From assembly GCF_006345805.1 (NCBI RefSeq), contig NC_043019.1, positions 5,393,360-5,457,359 of the forward strand: 64,000 nucleotides of DNA. The letters run 5' to 3'. The position numbers and the translations under genes were made by a program. A model generated the notes under the pieces. It did not search any database. It had not been told where the DNA came from and saw nothing but the letters and a program-made list of their open reading frames with translations. Below, piece by piece: positions 49,424-62,384 of this stretch; the first letter of the stretch is position 1; every line of letters starts with the position of its first letter. The stretch comes from Octopus sinensis. Its lineage: Eukaryota.

Positions 49424-50913
49424 TTCGCGGTTCGCCCGCCCTCCCACCCCCACCACCCATACCGGAGAACACACTGTTTACACCATCCTCACCGGATATC
49501 CCCTCTACCACCGCCACCACTACGTGTGTCTGTTCCTCCTACCCCTCCTCCTCAATATACTTTCTCACTATGTATTTTACCCCTGCCTCTCTCCCCCTGG
49601 ACAGAAGCAGCTAGCGCTGCAGCTCATCAAACGTCCCACTTAACCTGTTATCTTATGTTCCTCCTGTTTTGAAATGTGTCACTGCCTCAACCGGCTATCT
49701 CCTTCCAGCCCCCTCCCCCACTCGTGATATCCTACGTTTTACTTCCTACTTTTCATTCTGTCTAGAACCTGCCACCAACCCTACCTGTCATCGTTTCTCT
49801 TTACCCCAAACCTTCCCCACTGGTGCTCCCCTATATTACATGCATCCCCCCCACTCTCTCTCCTTCTCTCCTCTCTGCCGGAACTCTCCCCCCTGCCGCA
49901 ATGCAACGAAAAAAGGCAATAACCGATCGTGGCCGATGCCAGACCCCTCTGGCACCTGTGCAGGTGGCACGTAAAAAGCACCCACTACACTCGCGGAGTG
50001 GTTGGCGTTAGGAAGGGCATCCAGCTGTAGAAACACTGCCAGATCAGACTGGAGCCTGGGGCAGTCCCTGCTCCCCAGACCCCGGTCAAACCGTCCAACC
50101 CGTGCTAGCGCGGAAAACGGACGTTAAACGATGATGATGATGATGTGTATGTGTTTGTCCCCCACCACCGCTTGACAACTGGTGTTGGTCTGTTTACATC
50201 CCCCATAACTTAGCAGTTTGGCAAAAGAGACTGTTTGAATAAGTACCGGGCTTAAAAAAATAAATACTAGGGTTGATTTTATTCGACTAAAAAAAGACAT
50301 TCTCTATGCTGGTGCCCCAGCATGGTTGTAGTCTAATGACTGAATCAAGTAGAAGGATTAAAAAGTAAAAGGCAGATGTTAGAGAAGGGTGAACTGTATG
50401 GTCGGGGTTTTACGTTACATTACTCTGTGTTGCTTCATTTTGTCTCCTGAGAATTAGATGTTGGACTTTATTAGAGAAAAGTTATCGATAAGACAAACAT
50501 ATTTAATAATACACTCTCACATTTTAATCTAGACTCTGAGAAATAGAGATTGAACATTTTAGTGGGGTAAAGTTATTTACAACAGACGTCTGTTGGTACC
50601 ATGTAAAAAGCGTTGGTGCCACATAAAAAGCACCCAGTATACTGTAAAATGGTTGGTATTAGGAAGGGCATCCAGCCATAGAAACCATGCCAGAATAGAC
50701 AATGGCACCTGGTAAGGTCAGGGGCTGGATCAGTTCCTGTCAAACTGTCCAACCCATGTCAGCATGGAAAATGAAAAATGATCAGATAATACTTTAGTTT
50801 TCAACCATTTAATGCTACACCAAAGATGAGCTATCAAACCTTATTCTCAAAAGAACTGACATTTTTCTTGTGTATTCATATAAGGTTTTTATTTCTTTCT
50901 TTCCCTACATTAG

Positions 50914-51209
50914 GTTTAACATATCAAGTACTGCGTGGCTTAAGGTCAGCATTGAAGAACACCAATTTGCATATTAAAAGAGTGAGTTCTTACCATGGGC
51001 CTCATGGCTTTGCTTTTGTGAAACCAGAAAAGGTTTCCAAAACACTTTTGGTTCCAGCACACATACAACGACCACCCTATGTATCTGTACATGGTAACGA
51101 CCCTCATCCTAATTTTATAGAAATCCACTCTGACCAACAAATAGATTCCATCAGAAATTCCTGCAGTTTGGCAAGGAGAATTCTTGACCTTACTTCTCAA
51201 CACTTGAAA
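50914..51209 (+). CDS. METAP1D: METAP1D coding exon 2 (transit peptide plus N-terminal region)
   Basis: tag|GT...VPAHIQRPPYV...IEIHSDQQIDSIRNSCSLARRILDLTSQHLK|gtaagt. Confidence 0.85.
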
Positions 51210-51600
51210 GTAAGTTTTGAAATTTTTTTCAATATTTCAATGTAATTTAAAAAAATTTTTTATGTGTTCTGAGCTGCATTCCTACCTTAAAAACATACTA
51301 TTTTTATAACAATGGCCAGAGTAGATATAATTCACAACTCAAATCCAAACACTATACGCTTTTGAAAATCTTATATGAAACCAGTCAGGTATATTCCTAT
51401 AATTTAAAATATGATTAAATTCTAATTAATTCCAATTTATTCTGTCTGCATTTTCAAGTTCATTTTTTCTGTTCCTCAATTTGCTTGGATTAATAACCAT
51501 TTTTATACATACAAACACATGCATGTGTCTATCTGTCTGTCTACACACACTCATATATGAAATATAGTGTATTTGACAGAAAAGCTTGTTCCCTATTAAA

Positions 51601-51975
51601 CCCTTTAGCATTTAACCCTTTCGTTACCAATTCAGCTGAAACCGGCTCTGGCTCTGAGTACAAATGTCTTGTTTTCATAAGTTTTGAATTAAAATCTTCC
51701 ACCAAACTTTAGTCACAATTTATGTTCCTAACACTCGATTAATGATAACTAAGTTATTTTACTAAATTCTTTGTTATATTCAAAATTAATTGAAACAAAC
51801 ACAGAGCATCTCAAAATAAATACAGTAACAAAAGGGTTTAAACTGGTCAGATCTGGCTTCTATCATTAACCCCCTAAAATCATTCTTAAAGGAAACAATC
51901 TCATCAATAAGATCTCAAGGCTACAGGGTATTGCATGATTAATTCAAAACTATATGAATATACAAGTATTAAAGT
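51601..51975. mobile_element. piggyBac-type MITE A (51616-51836) nested in MITE B
   Basis: A is inserted at the TTAA of B (GCATTTAA|...|TTAAACTGG). Confidence 0.8.
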
Positions 51976-52093
51976 TGACAATGATTTGAATGCTTAACGG
52001 ATAATCAAATACATACACATGTGTATAGAGAACAAAGTGTATGTATGCCACTATATATGTATATATATAGAAATACAAAATGGGACAAGAACG

Positions 52094-52200
52094 CAAAACA
52101 TCCAGACAGTTAGGTGATACAAAAAGGGACAACAAAACATCCAGACAGTTAGGTGATACAAAAAGGGACAACAAAACATCCAGATAGACGATACAAAAAT
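52094..52200. repeat. 39-bp tandem repeat (~2.6 copies)
   Basis: CAAAACATCCAGACAGTTAGGTGATACAAAAAGGGACAA repeated. Confidence 0.85.
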
Positions 52201-53807
52201 ACAAGGACAGGTCATTCGAAGCTTTCTATCCTCAGTCAAGAAACAAGTTCATCCTCGCAATTTCGGCTGATTAATCTTGAGATTACTCCGATCTGGCCAG
52301 CCCCAAGGAAAAACTAAGCTAAGAGCATTAGATTCCTTGGAAGAAAGCATCGAATGTATACAAAAACAAGGACGGAAAAACAGACATTGGTACACAAGTA
52401 TAAATACAGTATACATGTATAAACATGTAGATGTGCATGTCTGTATGTGTGTTTGTATATAAATTTGTGTGTGTGGATCCTGTGAGCCTCATTCATTAAC
52501 TGGTAGCAGCCTAGCTACTGCTGCTCTGCAAATATAATTTATAATTATAATTTTTCACGTGGCTTCAGTCTGATGACTGAAATGAGTAAATGATAAAAAG
52601 ATAAATGATTGATCACATCTGATTGATCACATGTATACTTTGTGTGTAAAACTGAGTACAGTGAGGGAAGTCAATGACCACTCTGCAGGATTCATACAAT
52701 TTCCACAATGTGTTGAGTTCTCTTTTCTTTTGTTTGTGTACATGTGTGTGTATCAAGGTCAGATTAAGACTCATAGAGGCCCTAAAGCACTTGAAAGATT
52801 TTGATATCCCCCATATATATATATGATTCAAAATATCATCATCAATGTTTAGCGTCCGCTTTCCATGCTAGCATGGGTTGGATGGTTCAACTGGGGTCTG
52901 GGAAGCCAGAAGGCTGCACCAGGCCCAGTCTGATCTGGCAATGTTTCTACGGCTGGATGCCCTTCCTAACGCCAACCACTCTGTGAGTGTAGTGGGTGCT
53001 TTTTACGTGCCACCTGCACAGGTGCCAGACGGAGCTGGCAAACGGCCACGATCAGATGGTGCTTTTTACGTGCCACTGGCATGGAGGCCAGGTGAGGCTG
53101 GCAACGGTCACGATCGGATGGTGCTTTTTACGTGCTGCTGGCACGTAATATAATGCAAAATATAAACAATAATAAATGATAAAATAAATTATATTTTTCA
53201 CAATCAGAAGAAAACTGAGATGGAAAATAGTGTTTATTTTTGTATATTTCCACTTTATATTTGACACGTTTCCTCCAATTATTATTATTATTTTTTTACT
53301 GTAAAGTCTTTGATCAAACCCTCATAATTAATATGCAACACATCTGCTTCCATACTTAGTAGAGATAAGACATGTTGATTATTATTTTAGTGATTTTAAA
53401 GTGATTTCTTTTGTGCTGTAAACCATTTACCATTTCTGTGGTGCCCCTTCCTTCCTTTGATACCCTATGCAACTGCTTATTTTGCTTAATGGTTAACCCA
53501 GTTCTGGTGTATATATATATGTATGTATGCATGCAATGGGACTGGGTTAAATTGATGTGTAAAAATGTCCACAAAAGTGCATCAAGCAGATGAAATAGAG
53601 TCAAATATATTTTTTATATTACAGTTATATGCAGTAAGGATGATGATGATGATGATGAAGATGTGGTGGGGTTGAATGTGTAATCCTTTGCACATCTCCA
53701 AGGACCAGAATAGGATGAGTGTTCTGCCCACCTCTTGAAACACCCTTTACATTGCACCAGATGGAGTGTATGGTGGGAGATGTTGAAAAAAGGGTTAGAT
53801 TCACTTA

Positions 53808-54351
53808 TGAGGGGTCGTTGAAAAGTTGCTGGCTTTGGGTAAAAGAGGATCATTTCGGTTTGAACGGCAGTTTTTTCTAGCAGTGTCATATGCAATTGTC
53901 ACCCATAATTATGACCCTAGTATCGATCTATTGCATTTCAATCTGTTTTAGGTTAGGGGTGGGGGGAAGGGTATCTTTTTTTTCTTCCCAAATGTAAACG
54001 AGGGACATATTCATACGGTACAGAATGTTTCTTACTTCAATAGATGTCAGTGATTGGTTTAAATTGCAGAAATTGAAGAAAAAAAACAACAAACATCTTA
54101 CAAACTATAGCATTTTCTCAATAAAGCCAAGAGAAAAAGATGTTTTATAAACACATTCAAACCGAAAAGATCCCTAAAAGAAAATAGAAGAGGATCAGTT
54201 AATTATGATTTTATTCTACATATTCCCCTCAAATTCTCACACTTATTGCAGTGACCCTTCAGTTTTTCTAAGCCCTGAAAAAGAACTCATCAGGTTGGGC
54301 CTCCGACCAGGCCTTTCATGATATCCTTAAAGCCAGGAACTTTTCAGCACC
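53808..54351. mobile_element. Mariner-type MITE interrupted by the 390-bp MITE (53847-54173)
   Basis: TIR GAGGGGT.G.TGAAAAGTT.CTGGCTTT; an uninterrupted relative lies at ~58003-58208. Confidence 0.7.
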
Positions 54352-55557
54352 CATTTGTATATCTTATGAGAGAAACCCCATTGAGGCAGTTACTGGGAGA
54401 AAAGGAAGGTAGAATAGGCAACTCTAGAAGATCTTGAGGTCAAGGGGCCAAACATGATGACCGATGGGAGCCTCTGTTTCATTGCTCAATCTGTTAGAAA
54501 TAACAGCTTCATCTCTGAAATCCTCTTAAATAAGATTAGAACAGATTATATGTTATAGTCCTACATCAAAGACCTTTTTTTTGCTCATGGTTGGAAAGCT
54601 TTTGATCTGTGGGATCAGGGTTGACCTGGGAGCTATACATTAACCTGACCTGTGTGTGTGCCTGCACGTGTATGAATGTAATGTGTACTGGTGCTCCATT
54701 GATTATGATGACGGGGGTTCCAGTTGATCCAACCAATGGAACACCCTGCTCGTGAAATTACTGTGCAAGTGGCCGAGTGCTCCACAGATTCATGTACTCT
54801 TAATGTAGGTCTCAGGGAGATTCAACCTGACAAGGCTGGTCCTTCAAAATACAGGTACTCTCTTTACTCTCTTTATTACTTGTTTCAGTCTTGTGTCTGT
54901 GGCCATGCTGGAGCACCATTTTTAGTTGAGCAAATCGACCCCAGGACTTATTCTTTGTAAACCTACTACTTATTCTATCGGTCTCTTTTGCCGAACTGCT
55001 AAGTTACGGGGACGTAAACACACCAGCATTGGTTGTCAAGCGATGTTGGGGGGGACAAACACAGACACACAAACATATACACACGCGTACATATATTTAT
55101 ACACACACACACACACACACATATATGCGACGGGCTCCTTTCAGTTTCCGTCTCACAAGGCTATAGTAGAAGACACTTGCCCAAGGTGTCACGCACTGGG
55201 ACTGAACCTGGAACCATGTGGTTTGTAAGCAAGCTACTTACCACACAGCCACTCCTACTGCTCATTTTTGCCGGCCAAGTGGACTGGAGCAATATGAAAT
55301 GAAGTGCTGGAAATCAAACTCGTCATCTTCCGATTGTGAACCAAATACCCTAACCACTAGGCTACTCATTGTAATGTGTATGAGTGTATACATGTATGCG
55401 ATGTGTGGATATGCATATGAGTTTGTGTAGATATCTATGTAATGTGTGTGTATGGTGTCTGTCTGTGTATAATGCGTGAGTGTATATAAATTGAAACCAC
55501 ACTGTTTTGGGACTTTCTTCAATTCCCCACCTTGACTAACGAAGCTTGTCATTTCAG

Positions 55558-55749
55558 GTGGGCATCACAACTGATGAGCTGGACAAGATCGTACACAACC
55601 TGTGCATCGACCATGATGCCTATCCATCTCCTCTCTTTTACAACAATTATCCCAAGTCAGTTTGTACATCAGTCAATAATGTTGCCTGCCATGGAATCCC
55701 CGACTCTCGACCTCTACAAAATGGTGACATCATCAACATTGATATTACG
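55558..55749 (+). CDS. METAP1D: METAP1D coding exon 3
   Basis: cag|VGITTDELD...[44 protein letters not shown]|gtaggg; M24A type-I MetAP motifs. Confidence 0.95.
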
Positions 55750-58464
55750 GTAGGGAAACTTATATATATGCACACATACACATATGACACATATACATAC
55801 ATATACAGATGACACATATGCATATATGTGAATGACAAAATTCCGCTGAGGTAGATTTTACCTTTCATCCTTTCGGGGGTTGATAAATTAAGTACCAGTT
55901 ATGCACTGGGGTCGATGTAATTGACTTAATCCCTTTGTCTGTCCTTGTTTGCCCCCTCTATGTTTAGCCCCTTGTGAGCAATAAAGAATTAAGATATGTT
56001 AGCACACCGGGCGAAATGCTTAGCGGTATTTCGTCTGCCGTTACGTTCTGAGTTCAAATTCCGCCGAGGTCGATTAAATAAGTACCAGTTACACAATCGA
56101 TTTATTCCGTTTGTCTGTCCTTGTTTGTCCTCTCTGTGTTTAGCTCCTTGTGGGTAGTAAAGAAATAGGTATTTCGTCTGCTGTTACATTCTGAGTTCAA
56201 ATTCCGCCAAGGTCCACTTTGCCTTTCATCCTTTCCAGGGTCGATAAATTAAGTACCAGTTACGCACTGGGGTCGATGTCATCGACGTAATCCATTTGTC
56301 TGTCCTTGTTTGTCCCCTCCGTGTTTAGCCCCTTGTGGGCAATGAAGAAATAAGCCATTCACATCTACTATTCTGCAAAAAGATGTCTGGCCTTGGGGAA
56401 ATATTCTCTTGTTTGGAAGGCAGCAGGCTGGCAGAATGGTTCCCATGCTGGAAAACAGTGCATCGTAGCATTTCTTCTGACTTTATGTTCTGAGTTCAAA
56501 TGTCACCAAAGTTGATTTTGTCTTTCATCCTTTCAAGGTCCATAAAATAAAGTATCAGTTATGTAATAGGTGGTGGTGCTGCTTGGGGGGCATATTTGAT
56601 TTACTCCCTACCTGAAATTGAAGGCTTTCTACCAAAATTTGAAACCAGTATTACCTTGTTTAGAAACAGGTGAGGTTTGGCAACTGGAAGGACATTTACC
56701 TGTAAAAAAGTTTGCCTCAACAAACTCCTCCTTCTGACCTTTGGAAGCATGGAAAAGTGGATATTAAAAGGATTATTGTATGTGTGCATTTACTCTTACT
56801 TGTTTTAGTCATTTGACTGTGGCCATGCTGGAGCACTTCCTTCAGTCGAGCAAATTGACCCTGGAACTTATTCTTTTGTAAGCCTAGTACTTATTCTATC
56901 GGTATCTTTTGCCGAACCGCTAAGTTATGGTGAAGTAAACACACCAGCATCGGTTGTCAAGCGATGTTGGGAGGGACAAACATATACACATACATACATA
57001 TATATACATAAGCGCAGGAGTGGCTGTGTGGTAAGTAGCTTGCTAACCAACCACATGGTTCCGGGTTCAGTCCCACTGTGTGGCATCTTGGGCAAGTGTC
57101 TTCTGCTATAGCCCTGGGCCGACCAATGCCTTGTGGGTGGATTTGGTAGAGGGAAACTGAAAGAAGCCTGTCGTATATATATATATATATATGTGTGTCT
57201 GTGTTTGTGTGTCTGTATTTGTCCCCCTAGCATTGCTTGACAACCGATGCTGGTGTGTTTACGTCTCCGTCACTTAGCAATTCGGCAAAAGAGACTGATA
57301 GAATAAGTACTGGGCTTACAAAGAATAAGTCCCGGGGTCGATTTGCTCGACTAAAGGCGGTGCTCCAGCATGGCCGCAGTCAAATGACTGAAACAAGTAA
57401 AAGAGTAAAAGAGAGATACATATATACGACGGGCTTCTTTCAGTTTCCGTCTACCAAATCCACTCACAAGACTTTGGTCGACCCGAGGCTATAGCAGAAG
57501 ACACTTGCCCAAGGTGCCACACACTGGGACTGAACCCAGAACCATGTGGTTGGTAAACAAGCTACTTACCACACAGCCACTCCTATGCTACTTATATATT
57601 CTACAGAAAATCAAGGAATTCTGAAATGCACAATGGCTGTGAAGACAATTTAGAAAATTAGGTAAATATCCTTTAAAAGCTGGAAAACGGAGGCCAGGAA
57701 ACCCCTTCACTGAACTGGAGACCAAACCTCTCAGATACCGGTGCTCTGTACCCTCTTAGCTTAATAGTACAACAGAGTGCTCAACTGAAATTTGAGATGT
57801 ACAGGGTTTGATTCTCTTTAGAAGCTTGCCGGCCAATTTTTTTTTTCCATCTTCTAAAGGACATTTAACCCAATATTCTAAGCTGTCTTTGCAGCCATTC
57901 TGCATGTGAGAATTGATTTATTTTCTGTAGAATACTCCCTTGATGCTTCCAGGTTTGTTTACAAAATACATACATATGTATGTACGCACGTACATACGAT
58001 TGGGTACTGAAAGGTTCCTGACTTTGGGTAAAAGAAAATAGAGGAGGATCAGTTAATTATGATTTTATCCGATATATCCCCCTCTCAGATTTGCATACTC
58101 ATTGCAGCAGTCCTTCAGATTTTCTAAGCCCTGTAAAGGAACTTAGAAACTTGGATGATTATGCCATCACGCAATACCCTTAAAATCAGGAAGTTCTCAG
58201 CACCCCTTCCCATATATGTATACATATATACATAAGGCGGTGAGCTGGCAGAAACGTTAGCACGCTGGGCGAAATGCTTAGCGGTATTTCGTCTGCCGCT
58301 ACGTTCTGAGTTGAAATTCCGCTGAGGTTGACTTTGCCTTTCATCCTTTCGGGGTCGATTAAATAAGTACCAGTTACACACTGGGGTCGATATAATCGAC
58401 TTAATCCGTTTGTCTGTCCTTGTTTGTCCTCTCTGTGTTTAGCCCCTTGTGGGTAGTAAAGAAA

Positions 58465-58502
<38 letters not shown>

Positions 58503-59073
58503 AATGGATGAATGAATTATTCTTTGTTTACTGTTAACATGGAAAATTCAATAAACAGTTTGCAGGATAGCAAAATTCACGCAAGTTACAAGGATGTAGC
58601 GACCTATTCAAAGGTAGAAACTCCGGGTTAATGTACAGTAATTTGTATAGTATAAGTAAATAAATGGAGTTGAACGCAGTTGTTATCAAAATTCTTTTAC
58701 TTTTGACATATGTATATATATATATGTGATGTGTGTGTGAAAGCGCATGGCTCAGTGGTTAGAGTTTTGAGCTTACGATTGTGAGGTTGTAAGCTCAAAT
58801 CCTGGACCGGGCTGCGTGTTGTGTTCTTGAGCAAGACATTTTATTTCACGTTGCTCCAGTTCACTCAGCTGTAGAAATGAGTTGTGATGTCACTGATGCC
58901 AAGCTGTATCGGCCTTTGCCTTTCTCTTGGATAACACTGGTGGCGTGGAGAGGGGAGGCTGGTATGCATGGGCGACTGCTGGTCTTCCATAGACAACCTT
59001 GCCCGGACTTGTGCTGCAGAGGGTAACTTTCTAGGTGCAATCCCATGGTCTGTGTCATGACCGAAGGGGGTCT

Positions 59074-59104
<31 letters not shown>

Positions 59105-59384
59105 GCGTACACATACACACACACAAATATGATATCTCATAATGGTCAAACATGTTATTTGTATCATGTATTAAACACTCTCCTTCATATATATTTGTTC
59201 TAGTCCTGGTTACTTGTGTTTAGAAAGTACCTCATCATTAGAAGGCATCTTGTATATATATACATACACATATATATATACCGGAGTAAACACATAAATG
59301 TGAAACAAGGTGGAAAAAAGAGTACTCAAATACCAGGGGTAGAGTAATATGCTTTATTTAAAAGCAGCAGAAATTCAACAAAAC

Positions 59385-59422
59385 TTGTTACTTGGAGTTT
59401 CACGTTCCCGTTCGTCGGACAG
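59385..59422 (-). ncRNA. Minimal type I hammerhead-like motif, core CCGACGA
   Basis: CTGT-CCGACGA-ACG-ggaa-CGT-GAA-ACT-cca-AGT-A-ACAA; one mismatch in stem I. Confidence 0.55.
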
Positions 59423-59688
59423 TTTTTGTTAAAATAGAACTGATATGCCAATTCTATCAAGACTAGTATAAACGCTACACCTTTAAAAATGGACTTGTTT
59501 GATTGGTCCTTTCAAATAACGGTCATATTCGAGCGATAAACAAAAATGAGCTCAATATAAAATATAAAAAATATATAAAATTATAAAAGTCGAGGAAAAA
59601 CCTTACATCGAATCTTTGGTTAAAATACATATTGTCATTAATAAAGAAAATATAATTAATACCTGGAAATTGAAATTAAAATATTAAA

Positions 59689-59726
59689 CTGTCCGACGAA
59701 CGGGAACGTGAAACTCTGAGTAACAG
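59689..59726 (+). ncRNA. Minimal type I hammerhead-like motif, core CCGACGA (best copy)
   Basis: CTGT-CCGACGA-ACG-ggaa-CGT-GAA-ACTC-t-GAGT-A-ACAG: all three stems pair; GUA cleavage triplet. Confidence 0.65.
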
Positions 59727-59758
59727 GTTTAGTTGAATTTCTGCTGCTTTTAAATAAA

Positions 59759-59799
<41 letters not shown>

Positions 59800-59981
59800 A
59801 CTTATAGTGATGAATTATATGGTTATTGACGATGTTTCTATTTTCGGTATATTTGGCATTAGAAATTTTTTTCTTTTGCCCTTGTTTATAAGTTGTTTAT
59901 AAATTTAACCTTTAAAGGTATTTTTGAATATGCTGGCCATTGATAGAATTTTTTTCGAAAAATTTTATCCTATATTAGATG

Positions 59982-60014
<33 letters not shown>

Positions 60015-60083
60015 GTGTGCATACATATACATGCTTTGACACATTTGTATATATTTTACTAACTGATCCTCCTATCGCATCAG

Positions 60084-60247
60084 GTTTACATCAATGGTTA
60101 CCATGGTGACGTTTCAGAAACTTACCTTATTGGAGATGTCGATGAAAGAGGACAACAACTCGTTGAAACAGCACGTCGTGCTTTAATGGAGGCCATCAAC
60201 ATTTGTAAAGATGATGTTCCTTTCTCAGAAATTGGACGAAAAATTAA
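60084..60247 (+). CDS. METAP1D: METAP1D coding exon 4
   Basis: cag|VYINGYHGDVSETYLIGDVDERGQQLVETARR...EIGRKI|gtaagt; 164 nt. Confidence 0.95.
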
Positions 60248-60675
60248 GTAAGTTGTATTTTTATTGTTGTTGTTTCGGACTCCAAGTTCACCTCTGACCA
60301 AGAAAGCCCTTGACCAAAATTATGACATTGACACCCATCCCCAGCCATAGGTCATGGTGGTGTTGATACGTGATAGTGGTGGTGGTGGTGGTGGAGGCTG
60401 TTGTTTTCCTAAGAAATACCTTCTAGTGTTTAGTCCCGGGATTTCTTCATATTTCATATTTTTGTGTCTGTACAAATATAAACTGGCATTGTGATTAACT
60501 TACAACCCTATATTTAGTTGCTTATTTTGTTCGCACCACATTACAGCTTTTGTCTTGTGGCCTCGCATCAAGGAGCATCATTCTAAACATTTTACCTCAA
60601 CAGTGAAGCCTGTACACTCATTTGACCTGCTTGAAATAGCAATCAAATGTCTCTGAAATCAGAACATGTTAAATA

Positions 60676-61262
60676 ACAAGAGCACTCAGAGAGTGCAAAC
60701 CTCCGCCAAGGCAACACCAACATCCTCTCAACAATTAGTCAGAGATGATTTTTAAATTGAGAATATCTGAAATAAACTCAACTGCTCTCACAAACGAGAA
60801 TACTAAAAATGAATCGAACTGCTCTCAAAAATTAAGTAAAAAAACAGGAAAAATAATCCAGAATCCTTGTCTGGGACCTGATCGATCCAGTGGTAGTCAT
60901 GGAATGCGAAGTGGCTGTAGAAAATATAGTAACATTAATAAATAGTTTATCCTTATTTAATACAAGCCAAAGTTAAATTCACCATTCAAAATAGTTACAC
61001 CCTAAAGGGAGATAATTGAGAGAGAGACTTGAAAGTTAACATAAGATCGTAATCATGTAAAGTAAATATAACAAACAATCCAGAATCCTTGTCTGGTACC
61101 GGATTGATCCCCAAATCTAATCAGTTTGTGTCAGTCATGAGGCCAAACATCCTTGAAAGTTTCATCTGAATCCATCCAGTGGTTCTTGAGATATCTTGTC
61201 CACAGACAAACAAACAAATGCAACTGAAAACAATACCTCTGCCTTCACTAAGGCAGAGGTAA
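60676..61262. mobile_element. Pearl/HINE-like (Helentron-associated) non-autonomous element
   Basis: ACAAGAG start, ACCTCCGCC subterminal motif, (ACAA)n, and 3' palindrome ACCTCTGCCTTCACTAAGGCAGAGGT. Confidence 0.55.
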
Positions 61263-61982
61263 TAAAAGGAAGTCCACATTAAATAATATACTCTTTGGCA
61301 CATAAAAAGATGCAATGGTCACAGCTGGAATGTCTTGGTCTGTCTTCTCAATCATAGCTGGGTTGAAGTTAAACAACTTTAAATGTTTTAATTCCTGTTT
61401 AAGTGGTTTCCAGTAGAGAGAGAGCAACCATTTGTGAAAAAACTGAAAAAATATAATTGCTCCAATAAAAACAAAAAAAAAAAAAGCAAAAAGAATCATA
61501 GCAGTGGGCGTTGCCAGTGCCATATAAATGGCACTCGTGAAATTGTAGTCCTGGCCATTGCTGGTGGCACAAATTGTACCCATTACACTCTTGGAGTGGT
61601 TGGCATTAGGAAGGGCATCTAGGTGTAGAAACCACGCCAAGTCAGACTGGAACCTGGTGCAGCTCTCTAGCTTACCGGTTCCAATCACACTATCTAACCC
61701 ATACCAGCATGGAAAGCAAATGTAAAATGATGATGATGATTCCACAACACACAACATAAGAAAATGGCTGTAAATCAATGAAAAGCAAAAAACAAAAAAG
61801 CCAAAAATAGGCGCAGGAGTGGCTGTGTGGTAAGTAGCTTGCTTACCAACCACATGGTTCCGGTTTCAGTCCCACTGTGTGGCATCTTGGGCAAGTGTCT
61901 TCTACTATAGCCTTGGGCCGACCAAAGCCTTGTGAGTGGATTTGGTAGATGGAAACTGAAAGAAGCCTGTTGTATATATGTG

Positions 61983-62025
<43 letters not shown>

Positions 62026-62286
62026 TTGTGTGTCTGTGTTTGTCCCCCTAGCATCGCTTGACAACCGATGCTGGTGTGTTTATGTCCCCATCACTTAGTG
62101 GTTCAGCAAAAGAGACCGATAGAATAAGTACTAGGCTTACAAAGAATAAGTCTTGGGGTCGATTTGCTTGACTAAAGGCGGTGTTCCAGCATGGCCACAG
62201 TCAAATGACTGAAACAAGTAAAAGAGTAAAGAGTATATTACTGAAATTCCTAAATAATTTATTTCTCTTTTACCATTCTGTTACAG

Positions 62287-62384
62287 TGATGTGGTGACAG
62301 CAGCTGATTTTCAAGTCATTCCTGATTTCTGTGGTCATGGAATTGGTCGATATTTCCATGGTTTACCTGACATATTTCATATTG
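62287..62384 (+). CDS. METAP1D: METAP1D coding exon 5 (gene continues past the window)
   Basis: acag|T DVVTAADFQVIPDFCGHGIGRYFHGLPDIFHI|gtgagt; metal-binding GHGIG; phases consistent. Confidence 0.95.

Larger units (their letters stand above)
59278..59760. mobile_element. Inverted pair of family P2 Penelope-like segments (59278-59426 minus; 59686-59759 plus) between (TA)n tracts
   Basis: ~75-bp inverted arms, each with a hammerhead-like fold followed by AATAAA. Confidence 0.7.

Noticed and set aside
52205-52240. Hammerhead on the minus strand (CTGAGGA...CTTCGAAT)
   Set aside because: GAAT instead of GAAA, and no stem I pairing.
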